DNA from: an uncultured delta proteobacterium
GTDB lineage: Bacteria; Desulfobacterota; Binatia; UBA9968
DNA: 64,000 bases
Assembly: GCA_963771465.1 (NCBI GenBank)
Contig: CAVYTU010000018.1
Coordinates: 64,001-128,000, forward strand
Direction: 5' to 3'
The notes beneath the pieces were generated by a model that worked only from the letters and a program-made list of their open reading frames with translations, was not told the origin of the DNA and made no database searches. Position 1 is the stretch's first letter. Each line of letters starts with the position of its first letter. Both the position numbers and the translations under genes were made by a program. This document shows, piece by piece, positions 50,060-58,521 of this stretch.

Positions 50060-53000
50060 ATGCGGACACGAGAAAAAGTCGCTGTATTGCTCATACTCGC
50101 TACCCTGATTCTGGGTGGGCTAATCGCCTACTCTTTGCAGGGCAACGAGGTCGAATCAAATTTTGTCCGCTGGCAATATTGGCGCACGGTTGGTCAATTT
50201 CTGTCCTCCCCAATAACCTTTTTGTTTGGCGACGCTGCTGGCAGCGGTAAGGCCGTGCTTTACGGTGGCCTGGGCCTGTTTGGCCTGGTCGTCATGATCG
50301 TGCTGCTTAAATTGTTCCGCGACGGCGAACTCGTGGCGTTACGACAGCACCTGAGAACCTTGATGTCGGCCAAAAGTGAGGCCGAGAGCTTGCTGCAAGC
50401 GGAAATGTGGAAAGGCAAGCATGAGCGGCAGGCTAAAGACAGCGCCATGCAAGATCTCGAGTCCAGTATCGAGCGGATCGAGCTGTTACTCAGTGATCTT
50501 GGCGAGAAGGAGCAGCTGTTAAAAACCCGCGAGTCTGAGTTGATGGCTCTCAGAACGGCTGAGATGGCACGGCCGGACGCCGGAGCGGCAAGCGGTCAAT
50601 CCGCGGATCGATTACTGAAGGACGAGCTTAGGAAAAAGAACGAGTATGTTCAGGCGAAGGATGCCGCCATCAAGGAGCTCGAACAGCGGTTACGTTCTAA
50701 AACTTCGCTCTGGGAAAGTCAGTTGCGGCAGAAAGATCTGCTGATCAAGGCCCAGAGCGGCGAATTCGAGCAATTGCGATCCCAAGCCATCGACCTAAGC
50801 GCGCAGCTGCGCGAGATCGAAGGCGCCAAGAAGCGCGCTGAGGATCTACTCGAAGACGAGCTGAAAAAGAAAAAGCAAATACTCGAAGCCAGTGAGTCAG
50901 CCAGCAAAGCTGAGGAGAACCGCCTCAGCGAGAAAATTCGCGCGTTGGAAGTTCAAGCCGCGGATCGCGAGCGTGTGGTAAAAGGACGAGAATCGGATCT
51001 CGCGAATCTTCGTCATCAACTCGCCGACCTCAACGCCGGCAAGCAAAGCGCGGAGCGTGCGCTCCAGGAACAGCTTGAACAGGCGGAAAGAGACCGGCAG
51101 GATGGCGCCGGCATCGCCAAAGAGCTCGAACATCGGCTGACTGCGAGTCTTCAGGCCCTGAACTCTGAGGTTGAGGAGAAGAGTCAGCTGATTCAAGCGC
51201 GCGACGGTGAAATCAACGCGCTCCGTTCGGAACTTAAGGTGGTCGCGGCGCGATTGAACGAGAAATCGAATGCCCAAGGACATACCGAAGAACTTTTGCG
51301 CGACGAGCTGCGGCAGGAAAAGCAGCGCAGCGACGATCGCGATGCGGCGAATCGAGAGTTGCAGGAGCGCTTCAACAAGGAAGCGACAAACTGGGAAAAA
51401 CAACTCAGTCAGTTACGGGATGCGTTGCAGGGGCGTGAAGGCGAGCTTAAAGCAGTCAAGACTCAAGTTACGACTATGACCGGTCAATTGCACGAGGCGG
51501 TAGCTGCCAAAGTGCATGTTGAAGAATCGTTGAATGAGCATCTTCGTAGAGACAAGCAGCAGCGCGAAAACCGGGACGGCGCCATTCGCGAACTAGAAGA
51601 ACGTTACGGTAACGAGCTCAAAGCCTTGGGAGCCCAACTCGGCGAGAAAGATGAATCTCTTAAGATTCGCGATAGCGAGCTACGGGCGCTGCGGAATCAA
51701 GTTAAGTCCCTTGCCGAGCAGTTGAGCAAAGTCGAGTCAGCCAAGGAACGCGCCGCGGCGCTGCTCCAAGATAAGATTAAAAACGAAAAGCAACTCAAGG
51801 CGTCGAGCGATTCGGCGCAACGCGAGTTAGAGCAAAAATATAAAGTCAAAATCGCTGCTCTGGAGCTGCAGCTCGGTGAAAAATTACAATCCGTGGGCAG
51901 CCGTGATTCGCAAGTCATGGCGCTCAAGTCTGAATTGACCGCGGCAAACCGGCGTATGAGCGAACTCACCGCGGCTAGAGAAAAGGCCGAGAGCCTGTTT
52001 CAAGAAGCCGTGCGCGAAAAGGCCGATCTCGCGGTAGCGAAAGACACTGCGGTCAATGAACTCGAAGAAAGTTTTAGCGGTAAGATTCTCGCGTTTGAAA
52101 ACGCACTCAATGAGAAAGCGCTGCAGCTCAAGGGTCGTGAGGCCGAGTTAGCGGCTTTCAAGAATCAAGTCGCTGAACTGAGTGCGTCGAAAGAGCAGAC
52201 CACAAAAGAGCTCCAAGAAGAACTGCGCAAGCGCAATGAACTGCTGCAAGAGAAGGAGGCCGACGCAAAAGCGCTGGAGACACGCTCCGCCGAGAAAGTC
52301 CGCGCTCTCGAAGGCGAACTCGGTGCGCGCCAGGAATTGCTCGGCAGCCGCGAGACCGAACTGGCGGCGCTGGCGGCGAAGGTCGCCGATCTTACGAGTC
52401 AGCTCAACGATGAGAATACAGCCAAAGATCAGTCCACACGGTCGCTGCACGAAGAGCTGCGCAAGCGAAACGCCTTGCTTCAGGAGAAAGACGCCGCGGC
52501 AAAAAGTCTGGAGGCGCGCTTTACCGACAATATCCGTTCCCTGGAGCGGGAGGTGAAACAGCGCCAGGAGCTGCTCACCGGGCGGGAAACTGAATTGGCG
52601 GCGCTGACGCCGAAGATCACCAGCTTGACTGCGCAGCTCGCGGACGCAGGTGCTTTGAACGATCAAGCAGCGCGACGTCTCCGCGAAGATATCAAGAAGA
52701 AGAATGATCTGCTGCTGTCCAAAGAAGCCGCTATGAAAGGGATCGAGCAGCGTTTGACTGGCACGGTTCGGTCCCTGGAAAGTCAGCTCAATGAAAAGCA
52801 AGAGCTTCTGAGCACCCGAGAGCTGGAGCTTGAAGCGCTCATGTCGAAGGTCAGCACTCTTGCCGGACAAGTCGGCGAACTGGAGGCAGCGCGCGAGCGT
52901 TCGGAACGATTGCTCCAAGAAGAGGTGCGAGAAAAATCGGCGCTCTTGGAGGCCAAGGAGTCGTCCATCGGCGATATCGAAGAACGTTTGAGCGGAAGAG

Positions 53001-53434
53001 TTAAGATGCTCGAACGTCAACTGAGCGAGAAACAACAACTGTTGGAATCGGGCGGCAGCGAGCTGGGCGAGACGCGCGAGCGGATGCTCGCCATGGGCGA
53101 ACGGCTTAAGGAACTCGAGACCGCCAAGACTGAACTTGAGGACTTGCTGAGCGAAGAACGACAGAAAAACGATAAGGCTCTCATGGTCCTGAAAACCAAA
53201 GACGAAGGTTTCGGGGAAGATGCCAACGGTCATTCGAATGGCTTGGAGAGTCTTATCAGTGAACGGGACGAGCTGGTCAAGGCTCGCGACAAGTTGATCA
53301 CGAATCTAATGACCGAGCTCAAGGAAAAGAAAACCCAGCTGGCGCGCCATGAGATCGAAGTATGGCAAGGCATCGAACGGCGCGGTGTGTGGAAAAATCG
53401 CCTTTCGAAAATCGGCATTCGCCTCAAGGATTGA
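50060..53434 (+). CDS. Membrane-anchored long coiled-coil protein with 78-aa repeats
   Basis: Two N-terminal hydrophobic segments, then about 1000 aa of E/K/L/Q/A-rich heptads. No Walker motifs. Confidence 0.85.
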   Translation: MRTREKVAVLLILATLILGGLIAYSLQGNEVESNFVRWQYWRTVGQFLSSPITFLFGDAAGSGKAVLYGGLGLFGLVVMIVLLKLFRDGELVALRQHLRTLMSAKSEAESLLQAEMWKGKHERQAKDSAMQDLESSIERIELLLSDLGEKEQLLKTRESELMALRTAEMARPDAGAASGQSADRLLKDELRKKNEYVQAKDAAIKELEQRLRSKTSLWESQLRQKDLLIKAQSGEFEQLRSQAIDLSAQLREIEGAKKRAEDLLEDELKKKKQILEASESASKAEENRLSEKIRALEVQAADRERVVKGRESDLANLRHQLADLNAGKQSAERALQEQLEQAERDRQDGAGIAKELEHRLTASLQALNSEVEEKSQLIQARDGEINALRSELKVVAARLNEKSNAQGHTEELLRDELRQEKQRSDDRDAANRELQERFNKEATNWEKQLSQLRDALQGREGELKAVKTQVTTMTGQLHEAVAAKVHVEESLNEHLRRDKQQRENRDGAIRELEERYGNELKALGAQLGEKDESLKIRDSELRALRNQVKSLAEQLSKVESAKERAAALLQDKIKNEKQLKASSDSAQRELEQKYKVKIAALELQLGEKLQSVGSRDSQVMALKSELTAANRRMSELTAAREKAESLFQEAVREKADLAVAKDTAVNELEESFSGKILAFENALNEKALQLKGREAELAAFKNQVAELSASKEQTTKELQEELRKRNELLQEKEADAKALETRSAEKVRALEGELGARQELLGSRETELAALAAKVADLTSQLNDENTAKDQSTRSLHEELRKRNALLQEKDAAAKSLEARFTDNIRSLEREVKQRQELLTGRETELAALTPKITSLTAQLADAGALNDQAARRLREDIKKKNDLLLSKEAAMKGIEQRLTGTVRSLESQLNEKQELLSTRELELEALMSKVSTLAGQVGELEAARERSERLLQEEVREKSALLEAKESSIGDIEERLSGRVKMLERQLSEKQQLLESGGSELGETRERMLAMGERLKELETAKTELEDLLSEERQKNDKALMVLKTKDEGFGEDANGHSNGLESLISERDELVKARDKLITNLMTELKEKKTQLARHEIEVWQGIERRGVWKNRLSKIGIRLKD

Positions 53435-53488
53435 ACGGCTTTACAACTGTGTTGAACGCGATTGACTGCCGTTAATCGTGCTCCGTGC

Positions 53489-54047
53489 TTATTTATTTTT
53501 TCCCGTACAGGCTGTCGGTATAGCCGCTCCTGTCGAATTCTTCGACGAAGCGCGCATCGATGAAATCACTCGGCTTGGCCGCTCTGGCCTTGGAGTCTTT
53601 GAGCGCGAGCTCGTCGAGTATGGTTTTGACTCCCTCCGGGCTGGGATACTGTTTAGCCGGCAATTCCTTTTCGTCGATGGAACTCTCATAGGGTTCGTTG
53701 TAAGAGCTCCTTGTCCTCCAAGCAGATATTTTGCCGCTATCTTCAAACCCAAAGCGCGATCGGTCTTGAGGCGGTGTACGGCTTCAATGTAGAACTTTAC
53801 GAAGTTGCGCACGACGAGAGGATGCTCGCGCAAAAACTTCTTGGTCGTGACGCCGCCTTGATGCTGGTAAGCCAAACCCAAAGCGGCGACATCGGCGAGC
53901 AGATGAAATCTGCGCATAGAACATCGCCGGTGGCACCAACGTGCTGGCGGAAACCCGGCGCGCCTGCCGTGCTTGGGCCTAACACCTGGAAAAGATGTAA
54001 CCATCGTCCAAACCGGGAGCACCCCCGAACGCATGGCCGCGCTGGAG
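53489..54047 (-). pseudogene. Degraded NMT1/SsuA-type solute-binding protein with an internal inverted segment
   Basis: Minus-strand fragments STLVPPAMFYAQ, FHLLADVAALGLAYQHQGGVTTKKFLREHP and DFIDARFVEEFDRSGY in shifting frames; LGLTPGKDVTIVQTGSTPERMAALE on the plus strand. Confidence 0.75.
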
Positions 54048-54089
54048 ATAAATTATTTCTCATTCAATCAATGCTCCAATCGATGGGCG

Positions 54090-54132
54090 GACAGAAAATC
54101 AGAAGTCAGCGGTCAGAAGTCAGAGGTCGAAA
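54090..54132. repeat. Degenerate heptamer tandem repeat (TCAGAAG/TCAGCGG/TCAGAGG)
   Basis: ACAGAAAATCAGAAGTCAGCGGTCAGAAGTCAGAGGTCGAAA. Confidence 0.6.
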
Positions 54133-54149
54133 GTGAGCGAAGGGTTTGG

Positions 54150-54764
54150 TTATTTGAGTAAGTAGCTCGCCGATTGCGCGATGCGCAGGATGCTGATGCC
54201 TTCGCTGTCTTCGACGTATCGAATGAAGCGATATTTATTTTCCAGCTCGTCGTATTTGAGCGGCGGCGCTTCGGCCCGGCCGGCTTCGATGCTGGCGCAG
54301 ATAAAATGCGGACCGGCGGTTTGCAAGGCGTGCTGGACGGCGTCTCTCAGTTCCTCGACCGAATTCGCCGTGCGCGAGCTTTTGATGCCGGCGTTGAGCG
54401 CGATGCCGGCAAAGTTAATATTGCCGGCCGTCGCCACTGTCGGTTCGCCGCCGGAAGATTCGTATTGTTTGTTGTCCCAGCAGATGTGGATGAGATTTTT
54501 CGGCTGGTGCAGACCGATGGTTGCCAGCGAGCCCAAATTCATCCACAACGCGCCGTCGCCGTCGAACACGAAAACTTTGCGTTTCGGCAAAGCCAGCGCC
54601 AGGCCGAGACCGATAGACGAACAAAGGCCGAGGGTTTTAACTTGGATGTTGCCGTCGCTCGGCCTGACGGCATTCCATTCATTGGTCGCGCCGCCGGCGG
54701 TGGTGACGAACAGTTCGTCTTTGATCAGCGGCGCGATCGCTTGCAGGCATTCAAATCGTTTCAT
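54150..54764 (-). CDS. comE: ThDP-dependent decarboxylase beta subunit (sulfopyruvate decarboxylase ComE-like)
   Basis: LGLCSSIGLGLALA, DGDGALWMNLGSL, DNKQYESSGGEPT. Confidence 0.75.
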   Translation of the reverse strand: MKRFECLQAIAPLIKDELFVTTAGGATNEWNAVRPSDGNIQVKTLGLCSSIGLGLALALPKRKVFVFDGDGALWMNLGSLATIGLHQPKNLIHICWDNKQYESSGGEPTVATAGNINFAGIALNAGIKSSRTANSVEELRDAVQHALQTAGPHFICASIEAGRAEAPPLKYDELENKYRFIRYVEDSEGISILRIAQSASYLLK

Positions 54765-54776
54765 AGGGGTTCCCGA

Positions 54777-55271
54777 TTACAGCACGGCGCGGGTCAGTAA
54801 GAGCGCCACCGGACGCTTCGATGTGCTCGCCAAGGTCACGGCGCCGGCGATGTCCTGCTTCACTTTAGCCGGGTCGCGCATGACGACGTGTTTAATGCCC
54901 AAACCTGCCAATACCGGTTCGGTGACCAGGCCGACCATGTGAAAGCCATTGTCGCCGATATCGCCGGCGTAATAGATCAGCAGCAGCACGGGAATGCCAA
55001 ATTGTAGCGCGGTGGTGGTAAGACCATTGCAGCTGTTTAATAGGCCGCCGTTCTGCATCAACATCGCCGGTTTTTTTCCGCCTAGGTGTGCGCCGGCGCA
55101 GACGCCAATGCCTTCCTCTTCGCGGCCCACCGGAACGTGCGCGATCTCTTTATCTTCGTAAAGCAGATTGATCAGTTGCAGCATGTTGATGTCGGGAACA
55201 CTGGCGACCAGATCGATGCCCGCTGCTTTGAGCCCGGCGATAATATTTTGCGCTCCGTCGATCGTGCCCAT
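54777..55271 (-). CDS. comD: ThDP-dependent decarboxylase alpha subunit (ComD-like)
   Basis: ASVPD, REEEGIGVCAGAHLGGKKPAMLMQNGGL.NS.N. Confidence 0.75.
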   Translation of the reverse strand: MGTIDGAQNIIAGLKAAGIDLVASVPDINMLQLINLLYEDKEIAHVPVGREEEGIGVCAGAHLGGKKPAMLMQNGGLLNSCNGLTTTALQFGIPVLLLIYYAGDIGDNGFHMVGLVTEPVLAGLGIKHVVMRDPAKVKQDIAGAVTLASTSKRPVALLLTRAVL

Positions 55272-55419
55272 GAATGTTGAACCTCGGCTCTCTTCTAGAG
55301 AACCGCACCGGCGGTGTCAAGGTTTGGCGCTGAAAAGATTGACACTTAGCGGCCGATTCTGTTAGCAGAGAGTGCGTCCAACGAGCGGAGTGCAGCAAAT
55401 TTTTTTTGAGTGAGGAAAT

Positions 55420-56385
55420 ATGCTTAAGCACGGCTTTAGAAGATTGGTTTTCATGGTTGCGTCTGCGATTTTCATTGCACCATTGCCCGGCGCGGAATAT
55501 CCCAACAAGACCATCCAGATTATCAATCCATTTCCACCGGGCGCGGTGACCGATATCGTCGCGCGTCTGTTGGCGCCGAAACTTGCGGCAAATCTCGGTC
55601 AGCAAGTGGTCATCGTCAACAAAGCCGGCGGCGGCGGTGCCGTGGGCCTTCAAGCGGCTAAAGACGCCGCGCCGGACGGCTATACGATTCTCGTCACACC
55701 GCCGCCCATCGTGCTGATTCCGATCGTCAACAAAAACTCGACCTTCACCGTGAAAGATTTCGTGCCGCTCAACTTGGCGACCACGAGCCCGAATACCACC
55801 GTGGTCAAAAGCGACGCGCCGTGGAAAAGCTTCGAGGAGTTGATCGCCGAGGCAAAGAAATCTCCCGGGCAGCTCACCTATGGTACTGCCGGTCCCGGCA
55901 CTACGCCGCATTTCATTGGCGAGCTGGTAAAGTTGAAAACCGGCATTGACATGACCCATGTGCCGCTGGGCTCGGAGTCGGCAGCGGCCACCGCCGTGTT
56001 GGGCGGACATGTTAACGTGGCGTTTTTAACTTTGGGCACGACCCGGAGCCACGTCGAAGCCGGCACTATGCGCGCGCTCGCGGTGGCGTCCAGCCGGCGG
56101 CTGAAAGATTTTCCCAATGTGCCGACGACGGTGGAAAAGGGTCATCCTGAGCTTAACTTGAAAGTCTGGGTTGGTTTCTTCGCGCCGGCAAAGACGCCCG
56201 CGGCAGTGGCAAAAAGACTCGCCGCGGCGATTGGCGACAGCTTAAAAGATCCGGAAGTCGCGGCGAATATCGAGAAGGCACAGGCGCTGATCGAAAACCT
56301 CGATGCCAACGAGTTCGGCAAATTTCTCAATGAGGAAGAGAAAAAGTGGTCCGAGGTGGCGCGGGCGGCCAAGATCGCGCAGTAG
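55420..56385 (+). CDS. tctC: Tripartite tricarboxylate transporter binding protein (Bug/TctC)
   Basis: YPNKTIQIINPFPPGAVTDIVAR, NKAGGGG, APDGYTIL, PNVPT. Confidence 0.9.
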   Translation: MLKHGFRRLVFMVASAIFIAPLPGAEYPNKTIQIINPFPPGAVTDIVARLLAPKLAANLGQQVVIVNKAGGGGAVGLQAAKDAAPDGYTILVTPPPIVLIPIVNKNSTFTVKDFVPLNLATTSPNTTVVKSDAPWKSFEELIAEAKKSPGQLTYGTAGPGTTPHFIGELVKLKTGIDMTHVPLGSESAAATAVLGGHVNVAFLTLGTTRSHVEAGTMRALAVASSRRLKDFPNVPTTVEKGHPELNLKVWVGFFAPAKTPAAVAKRLAAAIGDSLKDPEVAANIEKAQALIENLDANEFGKFLNEEEKKWSEVARAAKIAQ

Positions 56386-56408
56386 CCGACTTTCGAACAA
56401 AAATACGC

Positions 56409-56480
56409 TCACCACGAAGATCACCCACGACACGAAAGTTCAGATGATCAATACTCCGAACTTCGCGTCTTTCGTGATGA
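56409..56480. repeat. Intergenic hairpin repeat (TCACCACGAAG...TTCGTGATGA family)
   Basis: Same termini and CACGA units as 39987-40067; lies between tctC and tctB. Confidence 0.6.
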
Positions 56481-56546
56481 AACTCTTTAATCGATTGTGG
56501 CTCAGCCGCGCACTGCCAATTCACCACAGCCACATTCTTTATTGAC

Positions 56547-57002
56547 ATGAGACGGGCAAATATCACTGTCGCGCTGGTGTTTGTCAGCGTCTCGATATTT
56601 TTATTGTTTGCGGCGGGCCGGTTTAACTTTGGCACACTGCGGGTGCCGCAGACCGGGTTCTTTCCAAAGACGCTGGGCATTCTCTTGTTGCTGTTGTCGC
56701 TGGTGTTGCTCGTGCAAGCGCTGCGCCAGAAAGCGGTCGAGCCGGGCGGAGTGAAAATTGCGACCGAGGGCTGGATTAGAATCGCTTCAACTCTGGCGAC
56801 CATGATCGGCTTCGCTCTCGTGCTTGAGTGGCTGGGCTTTTTGCTCAGCACGTTTGTGCTCATGGTTCTCCTGCTACGCGCCATCGAAGCGCCGCGCTGG
56901 TCGAAGGTGTTCACCGTGGCGTTGGTGACGGCGCTCGCTTCCTATGGTCTGTTCGCGTGGCTGCTCGGTGTGGCGCTTCCCGCCGGCATCTTAGGATTCT
57001 AA
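56547..57002 (+). CDS. tctB: Tripartite tricarboxylate transporter small subunit
   Basis: GTLRVPQTGFFP, LGFLLST, LFAWLLGVALPAG. Confidence 0.88.
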   Translation: MRRANITVALVFVSVSIFLLFAAGRFNFGTLRVPQTGFFPKTLGILLLLLSLVLLVQALRQKAVEPGGVKIATEGWIRIASTLATMIGFALVLEWLGFLLSTFVLMVLLLRAIEAPRWSKVFTVALVTALASYGLFAWLLGVALPAGILGF

Positions 57003-57003
57003 A

Positions 57004-58494
57004 TTGGATATTCTCACCAACGTCGCGCTTGGTTTCTCGGTGGCGCTCACGCCGACGAATTTATTGTTCTGCTTTCTCGGCTCGCTGGTCGGAACCTTGG
57101 TCGGCGTTCTGCCGGGCTTGGGTCCAGTCGGCGCCGTGGCGTTTCTCCTTTCGCTGACTTTTAAGATGGAGCCGGCGAGCGCGATCATCATGCTCGCGGG
57201 AATTTACTATGGCGCGATGTACGGCGGCTCGACGACGTCGATCCTGGTCAATATTCCCGGCGAGACCGCGTCGGTCGTCACCTGTCTCGACGGCTACCGG
57301 ATGGCGCGCCAAGGACGAGCCGGCGCGGCGCTGGGCATCTCCGCGTTCGGCTCGTTCATCGCCGGCACAGTGGGCGTCATTGGCTTGATGTTTCTGGCGC
57401 CGCTACTCGGTCGCGCGGCGCTGAGCTTTGGCCCGCCGGAATATTTCGCTCTTACTCTGGCGGGACTGACGTTGGTTGCCTATCTATCACAAGGCTCGAT
57501 GATCAAAGCGTTGATCATGGCGCTACTCGGTTTGCTGTGCGGCACGGTCGGCATGGACCCGATCTCCGGCGAACAGCGCTTCACCTACTCGACGCTGACG
57601 TTGAGCGACGGCTTCGGACTCGTGCCGGTAGCGATGGGGCTGTTCGGTATCGCTGAAGTCTTGGAGAACTTGGCGGTGCTCAGCACGCAGTCGGTTTACC
57701 AGGCCAAGATTCACGGCCTGCTACCCAACCGCCAAGATTGGCGCGACAGCGCCGCGCCGATCGCCCGCGGCTCGGCCCTGGGTTTCTTTCTCGGCATTCT
57801 TCCCGGGCCGGGGCCGGTGATCGCGTCCTTCGTTGCTTACGCCATGGAAAAACGGTTGTCGCGCTACCCGGAAAAATTCGGCACCGGCGTCATCGAAGGC
57901 GTCGCCGGTCCGGAGGCGGCGAATAATGCCGCCACCGCCGGTTCGTTCATACCTTTGCTTTCGCTCGGCATTCCCACGAGCGCGATCATGGCGCTGTTCA
58001 TGGGCGCGCTGATGATCCACGGCATCCAGCCCGGCCCGCTGTTTATCGCCAAGTATCCCGAACTTTTTTGGGGCTTCATCGCCAGCATGTACGTCGGCAA
58101 CGTCATGTTGCTGGTCTTGAATCTGCCGCTGATCGGCATGTGGGTGCGTTTGCTGAAGACGCCTTATGTGATTCTTTTTCCGTTGATCTTGCTCTTCTGT
58201 CTGATCGGCGTTTATAGCCTCAACGCCAACGTTGTCGAGATCATCCTCATGCTAGCGTTCGGCGTGGCCGGTTTCTTTTTACGCCGAGTCGGCTTCGAAG
58301 GCGCGCCCTTTATCCTCGCCATGGTGCTCGGTCCGATCATGGAAACTTCATTGCGCCAATCGCTCCTGATTTCGCGCGGCAACTTCATGATCTTTGTCAA
58401 TCGGCCGATCTGCGCCGTGCTAATGGTATTGACCGCGGCGTTTCTGCTTTGGCCGATATTCACGCGGCAGAGAAAAGACGATCGGATGACATGA
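57004..58494 (+). CDS. tctA: Tripartite tricarboxylate transporter large subunit
   Basis: GVLPGLG, YYGAMYGGSTTSILVNIPG, AGPEAANNA, GIQPGP. TTG start. Confidence 0.93.
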   Translation: MDILTNVALGFSVALTPTNLLFCFLGSLVGTLVGVLPGLGPVGAVAFLLSLTFKMEPASAIIMLAGIYYGAMYGGSTTSILVNIPGETASVVTCLDGYRMARQGRAGAALGISAFGSFIAGTVGVIGLMFLAPLLGRAALSFGPPEYFALTLAGLTLVAYLSQGSMIKALIMALLGLLCGTVGMDPISGEQRFTYSTLTLSDGFGLVPVAMGLFGIAEVLENLAVLSTQSVYQAKIHGLLPNRQDWRDSAAPIARGSALGFFLGILPGPGPVIASFVAYAMEKRLSRYPEKFGTGVIEGVAGPEAANNAATAGSFIPLLSLGIPTSAIMALFMGALMIHGIQPGPLFIAKYPELFWGFIASMYVGNVMLLVLNLPLIGMWVRLLKTPYVILFPLILLFCLIGVYSLNANVVEIILMLAFGVAGFFLRRVGFEGAPFILAMVLGPIMETSLRQSLLISRGNFMIFVNRPICAVLMVLTAAFLLWPIFTRQRKDDRMT

Positions 58495-58521
58495 CCGCAA
58501 AGCGCGGTTGGTTGTAGCCTT

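Noticed and set aside
50060-53434. SMC/SbcC chromosome segregation ATPase or phage tape measure protein
   Set aside because: No Walker A/B or hinge, N-terminal TM anchors present, and no phage genes nearby.
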